A DNA stretch of 64,000 bases, from NCBI GenBank assembly GCA_977016875.1, contig CDRNST010000287.1:434001-498000 (forward strand), written 5' to 3'. Source of the stretch: Pavona decussata. Taxonomy: Eukaryota. How positions within the stretch are numbered: the first letter of the stretch is position 1; each line of letters starts with the position of its first letter. The notes beneath the pieces are model-generated. The model did not search any database. It saw nothing but the letters and a program-made list of their open reading frames with translations, and was not told the origin of the DNA. A program made the translations under genes and the position numbers. This document shows, in pieces, positions 49,660 to 62,049 of this stretch.

Positions 49660-49921
49660 TGAAAGTCTAACTGCCAAAGTAGACTACAATGAGTAGGGTG
49701 GCTCCTATGATACCCCCACCTTTGAGTGGTTAATACAGATGCTCTTCAAATGGAAAAACGTCTGGGGGACCTATAGCCCTGGCACTTAAAAAGCAAAATC
49801 TTAATTAATTTCTTTATTCTTATTTATTTTTTATTTACGCCAACCACATAAAAGAGCGCTGTGTTGTTGTCTCTGGAAAGTATTTGACATTTTAAAAGCA
49901 AGCGTTTCCAAATAGGTTTTG
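49660..49921 (+). repeat. ~260-bp dispersed repeat, copy 2
   Basis: Direct repeat of 46111-46369. Confidence 0.85.
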
Positions 49922-50449
49922 GGATGAACTTCGGTGAACATCCGCCACAAGTCTTGTAACCATAAAATTCCCAATTCACAAGTCATCATGACAGTCCCCC
50001 CTAAAGCAAGATCACCTAACAAAGAATACAAAACAACTCCGAAAAAGAACCCTACCAAAAGTCCCTGGACTTACAGCAAAGATAAATGTACAAAATACAA
50101 ATGAACTGTTTCAAACTTGTTTTCTTGTGCTGTACCTTTGGAGAGCGTTGGGGGAGGGAAAAAGGGATGGCACAGTGTTGAGAGCACTAGTGTTGTAATA
50201 CTGTTAGTAGTGTTGTAATACTGTTAGTAGTCTAAATGTTTGTTGGAAAGTTTCGGACACAGCTCAGTCAACATGATGCTCACTCACGAAATGTGTTCAA
50301 ATGTCTTGGTGATTGTATAAAACAAATAGCTTCCATTTTTCCGTGGGTCTGTACTCTAATAATACACAGAGGATGTTAAAATGTGGTAAATTGTTTATTT
50401 AGTTTGATAATTTAATACATAGTTTTCTTTTTTTAAACTTAGTCATAGT

Positions 50450-52739
50450 GTCCTCAGTTAGTAGAGTGTAGTTGCCCAACTGGGGCAGATTCATGGCGAA
50501 GAACTGGAGTGACAACCTTCGATGGGAACAGAAAAAGAGGCCCAAAAGCATCATTTCGTTCAATTCAAGAACATTTACAAACAAAATACGACGCCAAGAT
50601 TGGGTATGGCACAATTGTACAGCTATGTGTTGTACGCAACAAACGAAAGTTGTCATCGAAGAGGTACAAGGGTGTGGCAAAGGTAACGTGTCGCCGAGCA
50701 AGAAAGGGCTTCAATTTAAAATTTAACCCAGATGCACATTACAGCTGTGCCATGTACAAGATTCTTGACAAATTGCAGTTAACTGATGGGCATGACAAGC
50801 TACTATTAAATAGAGACGACCAAGCAGGGTTTCGACTTGACACAACCTACACACACTGCCAGCACAAAGGACTGTATTCTGAAGCTCAAGAGGTCACAAC
50901 GCGTACAGATTTTGTGAATAAGTACTCCTCTGTGCTACAAACGTCCTCTATCTCTTTATGGAAACTCTTACAAATGAAGAAAGAGCTGCTGGTTTGGTGA
51001 AGGACCATTTTTTCTTTAAAAAGAACCCATCGCAACATGCTGCTGATTTCAAGTTTCTTAAAGCAACCCAAGAGTTTAAAGATTACGTATCTGGGAAGCC
51101 TGTTGATTGCATCCGGGTTGATGGTGCCACAGATGAGCGACCTTCTATTCAAGAGGTTCAGTTTCTTTGGACAGAGGTTCATCTAGTTGAAGAGAAGATA
51201 TGTACTTGTCTTACAGCACGAAACAGTGGAGGAAGTTTCTTAAACCGAGTTGAGTTGGTCAATGGTTGCATTGCAAGGGCACATAGTAATGCCTTCATCC
51301 CCTCCACACTGAATGGATCGAATTTCAACAAAGATGGCCTGAATGAAGAAAAACTGAAAGAAAATTTGGAAGCAGCCACAGAAGTATATATTGATAGGGT
51401 ACAAGACGCACCATTCGGAAATACAACTATCAAGTTTTTCAAGGGTGCTCATGATGAGAATGCCAGATATTTACAGGAGAGAAGAGAAAAATTGTTAATT
51501 TTTTTACATGGTTCTAAAAAAGCAAAGCAAGAACTACAAAAGACAGAACCAGTACTTTACAAGTATTTTGAAGAGATATGGCAAGTTAGGAACAATCACT
51601 TAGTTAAAGGGCTTCCAGAACAGTATGTGTTCTTTCTATACGCGTGCTACAAGCCTAACTGCTTTCACCCAGTGTGCAAAAAAGGCATCCCTCCTACAGA
51701 ACCAAAGTGGTATGATGGTGGTCCCACTCTTCGTTGTCTACCAATGCCTATGAAGGACCCAAACCGACCTTGGGGTGGGCACTGCAAAGACTGTGAGAGC
51801 TGTGCGGGGCACTACTTGTCAGCTGAGGATTCCATTGCCTCTTTGACTACAAATGCAACCAGAGACAGTGTCATGGAACCTCCTTCTGTTGTGTTGAAAA
51901 GAGAGTTTTCTAAACTTACCAAAACAGTGGATGCAGATAACATAAGTGATGTTGAAATTACAAGGTGTGCCAAGGAAACTTTATTGACTTCAAAGGAAGT
52001 GAAAATGTGGTTTAGTCACCTGGCGGAAGTAAGTAAACGCAGGAAGATGGGAGCAAAAGAGGCTGCAGCAACACGACAAGCAAAAAATGGTAATTATATA
52101 ATTTGAATTATAGTATCTATGAACTGAAATGTTCCTTTTAGATACTAGTGCTATGGGCAATTTCAAAACCCTTTTACAAGTGTGATTAACAAGTGTAGCC
52201 ATTGTTTCAGAGGTTGAAAACAATAGCTTTACTTGTAAATTACATGTACAGGTGTAAAAGTTTTATTAAATTGATCAATGGACATTGTAATTTTTTCCCT
52301 TGCATTGCAGCAGCACAGCAGAAAACAACTGGATTTTGTCCCTGTGGCCAATCCGATGATGACTTCATGATCGCATGTGATCATGAAAAGTGCAAGTATC
52401 AGTGGTTTCATTATGTTTGTGTGGCTCTTGATGTTATTCCTGATGGTGACTGGTATTGCCCTGAATGTGCTGGTAGGCAGATACTTGCTCATGCTTTTTC
52501 AGTATCTTTAGGTAGACGTGCAGGCACTGTTAACAGGGAAAGGGGAGGGTGGGAAAACACTACCCAATTTTAAGGTCAATTTTTGTTTTGTCTTGCAAAT
52601 TCAATCCAGTCTCAATAGAAGTGGCGAATATGCAAACAAACACAGTGACCATGTACATTAACAGAGCTGCTTTTCACAGTGTTAATATAAATTTTAATCT
52701 TTTGTCATAGGTGGCGAAGTTCCCTGGAAGAGACAATGA
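50450..52739 (+). pseudogene. Zator-like (ISAzo13/TP36-related) DDE transposase with a spliced C-terminal PHD finger; one frameshift near 50958
   Basis: NRDDQAGFRLD, IRVDGATDE and ARNSGGSFLNRVE. Donor at ~52090, PHD exon 52311-52472 (CPC..MIACDHEKCKYQWFHYVCV..WYCPEC), last exon 52711-52739. Confidence 0.65.
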
Positions 52740-52741
52740 AA

Positions 52742-52888
52742 TGCTGCATGAGAGATATCAAATGAAAGTCTGTTTATTTTTGTGACCAAACGCTGCATGA
52801 GAGATATCAAATAGAAGTCTGTTTATTTTTGTGACCAAACGCTGCATCAGAGATATCAAATAAAAGTCTGTTTATTGTTGTGACCAAG
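52742..52888 (+). repeat. 49-bp tandem repeat, three copies
   Basis: GCTGCATGAGAGATATCAAAT..AAGTCTGTTTATTTTTGTGACCAAAC. Confidence 0.9.
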
Positions 52889-53074
52889 TTGACTATCTTT
52901 TGAGTGTTTTTGCTGTGGCCATCATGAAGGAGTATAAAACAACGCAATGATTTTCCTTTGGGAAAAAAAGTTTAAGTTTTGTGCAAATGTATTTTTTCAT
53001 GTTTTACTCGTGCAACATGGTTGCAGCGAGAACACTCCATATGACTTTTTTAAACGTAAACTTTCCCTGGTAGG

Positions 53075-53217
53075 CGGGGACAATCAAGGGCATTTGCATG
53101 AAAATATTGCCCCGGGGGCGGGAACATTTACTTACTTTCTCCAGCCTATTAGTCCAAGTCCCCGCCTTTGCCCGGGTTGGGGGGGGGGGGGGGCGGGGAT
53201 TTACATTGACTGGTGCA
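53075..53217. mobile_element. Right terminus of the putative Zator-like element
   Basis: GGGCATTTG..CCCGGG..polyG..GATTTACATTGACTGGTGCA-TTA has the same architecture as the right end of the MITE at 18687-19203. Confidence 0.65.
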
Positions 53218-55004
53218 TTACATCTTAGAGCATAATGCCTTTATTCTTCTTTCTCCCTGATAAAGTGAATAAAGTAGCCAGGAAGTTGAGTGTTATTGTT
53301 TAATAGTCCTATGTTGTCATCATCTGACATGTGCTTGAAATACAATGGTGTCACTTCATTCCCAATGAACAAAACCTCTTCTATGAGCTACAAAGGAAAA
53401 AAGTAAACCCATAAACATATTTTGGAATTATATAATGTAAATTTGTTAGGTGTCATAGAGTTGAGACTAGGGACAGCAAAAAATTGCCACCAATACAGTG
53501 CAGGTTTTAATTGAGCGAACTACACAGATGCATTCTTGACACAGTAAAAACGCATATGCGCATATTTTAAGACTGGTCCTATCTATCACTGACTTGTATG
53601 TTTTTCCATTTTGTAATCGGAGAAGTGCAAGAGCTATCTGATGTGCTTACTGCGTAAGAGCTTGGTGAATTTTTATTGTCATCTAATAATTATTGTTAAG
53701 AATTATATGTTTCATCGGCTGATGAAAAAAATATTGTTTGTTTTGCATAAATCAAGAAAAGTTATGGAGAACTTAGGTGTTTGTGTGATACTAGCGTGAC
53801 TAAAGAAATTCAAGCGGATCTGTCAAGATCTGTTAACTGATAGCTGTTTTGTTTACTTTGTAATCATGTGTAATTTTAGCCTTAGGAACCCTAGCGTGGG
53901 AGAAAAAGGGTTGTTGTGTAATCAGTTGTGATCAGAGAGCATTAAACAGGATTGTGACAGTTCTCATGCGTCTGTTTTGTTGAGATCTTTAAGCTATTCA
54001 TGACAAAGTAGTCTCCGCTTTTGTTTCAACAGATGCGAGCAACAGAGTTCCAGTGACATTTTGCTGGTCTGTTTGATTAGATATAGACTGACCAGCAGTG
54101 CTCTCAACATGAGTAAAACATGATGAACTTTGATTATTGCATGTCGTCCGGTCCTATAAAACAATAAATTCCCATAACAAGCATTACCATTGTACTTCAG
54201 ACTAAGTAAACTGTGTGAAGGAATGTGAGTGTAGAGATTGAGGAGAGAACAACTCTTGAACACGTGATTATAAACATGGACACCACTCTTGTTACAGACT
54301 ATCTCCTTCAATAAGTGCAATATTAATTTTGTCATTTGATTCCTGTATACAATGTGGACTTGTCTTGAAGTAATTATAGGCCGTTCTAGCAAAACAAATG
54401 TCATTTAATGTTTTTTCTTGTTCTTAATTTCCAATTCACTGTTATGGTGATATGATGCTCTGTACACTGAAATAAGACTCATCTGTAATTGATTCAAAGG
54501 AAGCTCTTGATGCCAGGCGACACCACCAGCATGTAGAAAATTGTTATATACACGTTTTCTTGATGGGCTCAAATTTTGATAGACAAGGTACAAGTTAGAC
54601 ATACCAATATATTACTGACGGAGTTCTTAAGAATTATTTTCCCTGAAGAGACTTGATTTAATATTTGACGTAAAACAACTCTCTCTTTCGAAGCTTCAAG
54701 TTTCCAACTTCTCACCCAAACAGTGGAGGAGTTGTAGCCCGCTCACATGATGACACTGTAACGGACTAAAAACAACCAACAGCAGCTTAAAAGACTAGGC
54801 AATCACACAAGTCCTATCGCAGGTGCCACAGGTGCAGCTACCTGAAGAAATTCCTCTCCTTCAAGGAACATTAGCTTTAACTCAAAATGGTAGTCAAAAA
54901 GTGTACAGGCTCCGTTTTGTTCAACATGAGATGGAGCACCAAACAAATTCAGATTCCTCTGAGATTGTTGGTACTGATCAGGTCAAGGTGAACTTCCTAC
55001 AACC

Positions 55005-55450
55005 AGGCTTTGCCCTAAAAATTGGTGGTGGAAAGGGGACAGTTTTCATTTCAGCAGGAGGTTACGATTGAGTTTTCTAACAGAGTCAAACTATGGTGTA
55101 AGGGCTGCCCACTGGACTGCATTCCAGCTATGAGGGAAAGAGGCTTGGAACCACTCAAAGAAAGCCAGATTAAGAGCTGGTGGAGCACTTACCATCAAAA
55201 GCGGAAAGGAGAAATGGAGAGTATGACTGTACACATCCAAAATGCCCGCAGAACACTGCCAACTCGAAATGCCTAATAACCAGAACCCTGCTTTAGCGTC
55301 TGGACAGACAATCCCCACCGGTTCTTCACACTCCTCATCAACCCCATCCTCGTATCCAGCATCAGCATCTACAGCAGCACCTGCAGAATCAGCATCAGAA
55401 CATCCAACGACATCACTGCCTGTTAGCCTCAACACTTTATCTACACCTGT
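55005..55450 (+). pseudogene. Second homeodomain-like C-terminal module (Sola3-like)
   Basis: PGFALK..EVTIEFSNR..PAMRERGLEPLKESQIKSWWSTYHQKRK followed by a Ser/Ala/Pro-rich tail. Confidence 0.5.
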
Positions 55451-55454
55451 CTCC

Positions 55455-56315
55455 TGTCATGTGACAATACTGGAGAAAAATTAATCCTGCATCCAGATAA
55501 TCACTGAGGATGGTCAACAGCAATGTCAATTCAGCATAAAAAACAAAAACAATCGCAATTATCACATTGCCTGTCATCCATCAGGGGAATATGTCACTGT
55601 AGCTAAATGTGACCTACAAACATGGTCACAATTATCACACTGCCTGTCATCCAACAGGTGAACATGTCATCACTTCCAGTGCTGGTCTTAATTTTGAAGT
55701 ATGTTAGAGCATACTGGAGGAAAATTAATCCTACATCAAGATAATCACTGAGGATGGTGAACAGCAATGTAAATTTAACATAAAAGACAAAAAGCGAATG
55801 CAATTATCACATTGCTTGTCATCCAACAGGTGAACATGTCATTCTTGCCAGATGTGAACTACAAACACGATCACAATTATCACACTGCCTGCCATTCAAC
55901 ACGTGAACATGTTATCAGTTCTAGTGCTGGTCTCAATTTAAAAGTATGTTAGCTCATGATGTAAGACATGTACCCAGCATTAGAGAAAGGATATTAAATG
56001 ACAGACGAGTGGAAATCAATGCTGCAGGTTCCAACACCCAGGTGATAATACTGGAGAAAGATTAATCCTACATCCAGATAATCACTGAGGATGGTCAACA
56101 CCAATGTAAATTTAGCATAAAAGACAAAAATATGTCACTGCTGCCATAGGTGAACTTCAAACACAATTGCAATTATCGCATTGCATGTCATCTAGCAGGT
56201 GAATGTGTCATTGTTGCCAGATGTGAACTACAAACACGATCACATTTATCACATTGCCTGTCATCTAACAGCTGAATATATGTCGTTGTTTCCAGATGTG
56301 GACTACAAACACAAT
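55455..56315 (+). repeat. Higher-order satellite (~68-bp subunits within ~245-bp units)
   Basis: ATACTGGAG..GATAATCACTGAGGATGGT.AACAGCAATGT and AATTATCACA(T/C)TGCCTGTCATCCA recur repeatedly. Confidence 0.9.
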
Positions 56316-56944
56316 GCATGTACTTTTGCACCAACTATTTCAGAAGACATAGCAAAACGGACTTAGCATTTCCTTTCCATTTTCCGTTTGTTCCAAACAC
56401 CACATAGCCATGTTCAAACTCACAAAATTCATACAGAATTATTTTCAAATGCTGAGTAAAGCAAGAATCGGAATTTAATGCTTATGGTTAACCTTTAAAT
56501 TCGGTTCCTGGTTTTCCCTTCCCAGAAGTCACATGTAACATATGGCTGACAAACATCATCTTAACTTTTTGTATGGTGAAGAACAGAGAGCTAGCTTTGC
56601 ATGACTGTTCCCTGCATTATTCTATGGTCATTTGAGGTCACATGTACCTAAACAAACCAACGAAAATTGTGAACGTTGCTCCCAAAAAAATTTTTCCATT
56701 AGATTTAAAATCTTTCATCCTTTGCCTTTACTTCTAAGGGCTTTTTGTTCCTAATATTTCGATTAGAAAAGCAACATTTGAGGTAAAAAGTTACGTCGTT
56801 TGGTTACCATAGCAACAGGTTTGTTTATGCGTCGTGTTCAGGTTGAGAAACGGGCAAAACATCGCAATTTCCAATGAATTTCTGCCTCACTTTTCCCTTA
56901 GGAGACTGGGACCTAGTCTGAGCTTCTGATCTCCCGTTCATGTT

Positions 56945-57686
56945 AGTGTTACTATCAGTAACAAGCCCAAGTGGTCAGACCACGTTTCCATGACAGCAGC
57001 GAAAGGAAAAAAATCGCTGGGTACAATACAACGCAACCTTTGGCATTGTCCAAGGAATATAAAAGAAATTGCATATACATCCCTAGTTCGACCGAAGCTG
57101 GAATATGCAAGTGCAGCTTGGGACCCGTTTTTAAAGAAAGATATCAGTGCTCTGGAAAGGGTTCAACATAAAGCAGCACGGTTCTGCTCACAGAATTATA
57201 ATAGATACGCTAGTGTTACCGACATGATTAAAGACTTGGGGTGGGCCACGCTGGAAACGGGGAGAAGGCAGTCTAGGTTAACACTTATGTATACGGTAAC
57301 TCATGGTCTTATTGATATAGATAGCCGAGAATATTTAATTAACACTCCGAGGGTTGCACAAGGGGAAGCCATCAATTTAAATTTTGCGTGCTAATGCAAA
57401 TAAAGACGTTTTTAAGTTTTTGTTCTTCCCAAAAACTATAGCAGACTGGAACTGCCTCCCAGAGGCCATTGTTTCGTAAACCTCTTTAGAAATATTTAAA
57501 CATAGGTTATTAGCTTTTCTTAAGAATTAGTATGTAGTTTATATAGTTTTCTTTATTTGACTTTTATATCATTATTTTATATATTGATATATCTGTATTT
57601 TATTCATTTGCTAATTTTATTTATTTTTACGGTTGGTGTGATATCAAATGATTTTACCGACCTAATACCATGTAAATGTAAATGTT
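56945..57686 (+). mobile_element. 5'-truncated CR1-group LINE
   Basis: KEIAYTSLVRPKLEYASAAWDP..LERVQHKAARF..LGWATLE..RR, then FFPKTIADWNCLP and a (GTAAAT)n-like tail. Confidence 0.85.
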
Positions 57687-58867
57687 TGCGTGAATCGCCG
57701 CCATTTTTGTTTGTGAATCTGCACCAACCCTTAAGTCATCCAGCCATTTGGATATCAAGCTTGAAACTGGTGCAGCAGGCTCTAGTGGCCTTAGTGCTGC
57801 TGGGTTACAGGCTGAAACTATGATTGATTAAATAGAGGTTACATTGGAGACCACCATAACGGAACACTTTGTGTTTGTTGCCTGTGCTTTATCCATTATT
57901 GATTTTGACTTATTTTGTAGTGCCTGCAAGCAGGAAATTACAAGTCGATAGAAATCGCTCACCTAATTGATTACTCAATATTACTCGAGGTGTTAGACAG
58001 TTTAAATGTAACCTGAAGATCAAATGAAAAAAAAAAGCAGAACTCATAGCTAAAGTGCATCAAGCTCTTGAGAATTTACAGAAAGGCGAAACTCGCTTAA
58101 CATCAACATACATCGGAAAAAAGAGCAGCAAATTTAAAGGCAGTTTAACTTTGAAGACCAACATAACTTGTTTATACCATTACGATTACAGGAAGGAGAT
58201 ACTTCCCAAGATCCTCATTCACATATTATTTCTCTTGACAATAACCCTACCCCTTACTCTCGCTCCAGTCTCGCTGCGCTGTGACTAACCAGAAAGGGAC
58301 TGCCTGCAGTCTGCAATCGTTAAAAGACAGCCTCTGAGTTGCTGTTCATCTGTTTAGTTTGGAGTCCAGAAACAAGGCTCTGTAATGTCGGCTGTGTCTG
58401 CACACAAATAGGTTCATAATCAGAAATCAGTGTATTGTGTAATTTCGTATGATACAGTACATGAGTACATGTTATTATCCGGTTTTTGCTATCTTGATCA
58501 AGTGATTGACGCTGGTTATGGACGAAATGAAACCGTTGCTGTATATCCTCAAGAGGTGCCTCTTTCGTCTCCACAAAGAAAGGTGATTTTCATGCAAGGG
58601 ATAGATGACTCGTAATTCTTAGGAACTTTCACAAGTGCCTCCAACACTTCGATTTTGACATGGCCTTGTTTTGATTTTGTTATAGTATTGATTAGCACTT
58701 TTGAATACATTTTTAAGATTATTATTGAACCAACGGTCAGTGCCTAGTTTTTGAAAAGTTTTTATACAGTTTTGGTTTTAAGCTTGTACTGTGTTTAAGC
58801 TGAAATCTTCAAGGTAAAGACGGGGTCATATTTAAACAGTGACTTTTTCTATATGTTTTCATTTGCA

Positions 58868-60220
58868 GAAACAAACAGAAGGATACCAGTGTGCAAAGAG
58901 GCCTTTCTTTCCATTCATACGGTGGGATCTTCCCGATTGAAGAGAATAAGAAGTTCAGCAACACCACAATCCCGCCAAGGGAAGCACTCATATGGGCGAA
59001 GGAAGATAACGCCTGCCACAATCGAGAGAGTTAGTTACCTTTTGTTCATTTACAAACTACTAGCCTCCACGGGTAATCCAGGTTGAAGAAATACTGAGGC
59101 ATAATGTGCTTTGACAATGCCACAGTCTGGTAGCAGGAGCAGCGAAGTAGGAGATCACACGAGGAGGCGATCTAGGTACTCCCTCGCCTGATCTCTCTTT
59201 CGAATTTTAATGCTGAGAAAACAATACCAGCTTTTTTTTTTGTCACAGAGACCCCATTTGTTCGAAACAATAAGAGTCCCTGAAGGAAAATTTTCCGAAT
59301 TGATCTCTAATGTTCCATAACACTGCGTGCGTGGGCAATTTGGTTCTTTTCAAACAACATTCTATGATATTTTCCTCCGAGTTGAAATAATAGTGTTTTC
59401 GCCATAATATGGTAATTGTTCCTCTGACTTAAATAAGAGACAACTTGTGATTAGCTAATTGGGAGTAAATATATTCTTTCATAACTCCACCAAATTTGGG
59501 AATGTAGTTTTTACCGACACTAATATTATACGCCCGTTTTATCATCCCAAATTTGAATTTAATTTTGTGTGGACATTCAACCTCCCAATGATTATTAGGA
59601 AGCAAACTTAAGCCAATGTAATTGAAACAAGTATTCTTACTTCTATCTCCTTACTCAACGTATGAAAATCGTTCGTTACTTGAACAACAAACATTAATGA
59701 CGTCAGTTACATCTGCCAGCTGGAGTTCCAGTTATAATGTGCGCATTTCTTTGAGCATTTTGTACTTGATTTTAAGATAAGCCACTATTTTTTTGGGTGA
59801 GGGACCACATAAAGTCATTTCCTCGGATGACAAGCCACTACTCTAGAGCAAATGCCCCGGTGAAGAGATTTTTTAGCCCAGAACTAAACATCAGCCGGAT
59901 GTATCAACTATACTTAGAGCGCAACAAGCCAGAGTTTCTTCTAAAGCAACAGGAGATAATCGCTGCAAGACAAAGTTTGGATACGCTGCACTTACTCAGA
60001 TGAGGAGCCTTGGAAAAAGGTAAAGATCCTGAGGGACAGGCCAGCTGATGTTCCCTTGGAGCAGCTGTAACACACCCAGGTGGTACCAGCACAGGCTAAG
60101 GTCCGTGACCTTAAAAAGATGGCACGGGATTACATTCCTTCCCCCCAACGTAGCCTCTATTTGGAATTGCCTGATCAAGGTGAAGATGGAACGGAAACAG
60201 AAAATGAAGACAGTGACTAG
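58868..60220 (+). pseudogene. Internally deleted Sola1 transposase, second copy
   Basis: PVCKEAFLSIH..RLKRI..RQGKH and DHIKSFPRMTSHYSR..FSPELNISRMYQLYLE, joined directly to the C-terminal AKVRDLKKMARDYIPSPQR. Confidence 0.75.
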
Positions 60221-61515
60221 CTAGTCTGTCTCATCTTTTGCGGTTCAAAGAAACCTTAAGAGTTGCTGCTGACCTTAACCAGGGCTACCAGGCTCAATCA
60301 TTTTGGAATTGGGTCAATAAAATGCTAGTTAAAAGCCATGATGTGGATCTCTCTATCTGTTCGTAGAACACAACTGGTTACTATTGAGCAAAGAGCAATA
60401 TGCAACTGCGGACACTATTGGGGTCAGATTCCTTCATAGTTGTCAAGTATATAATACAATAAGGTGGGGGATCAAACAGTTAGGAATTTATTTTGGTTCT
60501 ATTTTCCCTGTGTTTTCAATGGTAGTTATGGCCTGTGCCTTAGTGACAGCCCTGATGCATACAAGTATGCAAATCTCTTAAGGTTTTAATTGGTGCTAGG
60601 TTCCAATAGCCGAAATGCCTCTGTAGTATCTTCATTATTATATTACCATATACAAATCAAAGTAAAATAAAAATTGGACAGAATTACCAAGCAACAGTCT
60701 GTTTTTAATTCTCAGTGTTATCCCTAGCTCATTTTTTATACTTTCTTTTTGACTATGGTAATTTCATGATGAATATAAAACAAAGGACAATCAAATCTTG
60801 ACCATTAAGAGTCAGTTTTAGGTATAATTTTCTCCTTTCCAAAATAGTTAATCTGTATCTGCAGGAAGTACTTTGAGGAGTACAGCATGAACTTTCTTTG
60901 AAAACTTTGTTAGAAATGAGAGTGGTCTTTACATTTCATTTTGGAAAGTTGAATCGATTTGTCCACAAATAAGTCAAACATACAGTAATAATCAAGAATA
61001 AAGTTCATAGGTCTGGGTGTAGAAGTCGCGATTTCAGGTTTGCTGGAATTGATGCAAGGGTTTGACAATAGTTTAAAGTAGGTCCATTGACGTTTGTTTT
61101 ATTTGTTTGCCCTAAAGAAGCTGTCTTGAATTTTTATTGATCTTAATTATTCTTCATCAGCATCATCCAGTCAGCAGCCTCACTACAACATGATGTTTGT
61201 GTGAGACAAAGTGAACCAGATATTGTTGCTTTTGTTGAGTTAAGAAAGTCATGATCCACCAGTAAAACAAATTTACAGTAAGACCGCAAGTTACTCATTT
61301 ACTTTATTAGCATGATAGGTTACAATGCTATGAAGGTGAATCAGTTGAAAGATTAAGACATCAAAACGTTTTGATAGGGAACTATCACCTGAAGAAATGG
61401 GCGAAAACGGTCACAACAATGGCACTCAAGGACAAAAAAGGGTTTGAGGCGGATCTCAGTTCATTTACCCAATGGAACAGTGAAAAATTTTTATGGAGGG
61501 AATTTGCTCTTCAAT

Positions 61516-61688
61516 AGGCCATTTCCAAGTTGGCTGTGAACCTCATTATGAAAGTGAGACTAAGTGCAAAGTTTTTGTTATGAAAATTACTTTTCACTCA
61601 TATGCAAATAAAAATGATTTTCATATGAAAAGCTTTTGCACTTAACCTCACTTTCGTAATGAGGTTCACAGCAACTCAGAAATGGCCT
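61516..61688. mobile_element. Hairpin MITE with an AT TSD (ISL2EU-like)
   Basis: AT-AGGCCATTTCCAAGTTGGCTGTGAACCTCATTATGAAAGTGAG at the left end and CTCACTTTCGTAATGAGGTTCACAGCAACTCAGAAATGGCCT-AT at the right. Confidence 0.85.
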
Positions 61689-62049
61689 ATTTATCACGTT
61701 ATTAGCAGACCAACTTATTTCCACGTGAAGATAGTTTAAGTGGCTTGTGTCGTGGCTTTAGCTTGTTTTAATGCAATGGCTGAGGACCTTAACAACCTTC
61801 TCCTGGCTGGGTGAATCAAGCGAGCATTTCAAGCCAACACCAAATGTGTCATTTGTCAAGAGCAGACCATATCAATTCACTTTCCAAACCAGGGCAAGTT
61901 GAACTCCCACCATTCAGAGTACCCCTGCGGCAGGAAAGCAGTAAAAGTACAAAAGCAGCTTCTTTAAATAGTCTTCGTATGGAAAAGTATTTTTAGCTAT
62001 AGTCCATTGGGGTAGTCCATGGACTGGAGGGCAGCGTTTTGTCCATCAC

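Noticed and set aside
52202-52573. Host ING-family gene
   Set aside because: Only the PHD exon is present, with no ING N-terminal domain, and it lies between a transposase and a TIR.
52742-52888. Short regularly spaced repeats
   Set aside because: Contiguous 49-bp units without unique spacers.
53994-54602. Minus-strand ORFs
   Set aside because: Possibly a decayed TE, but there is no motif I can support.
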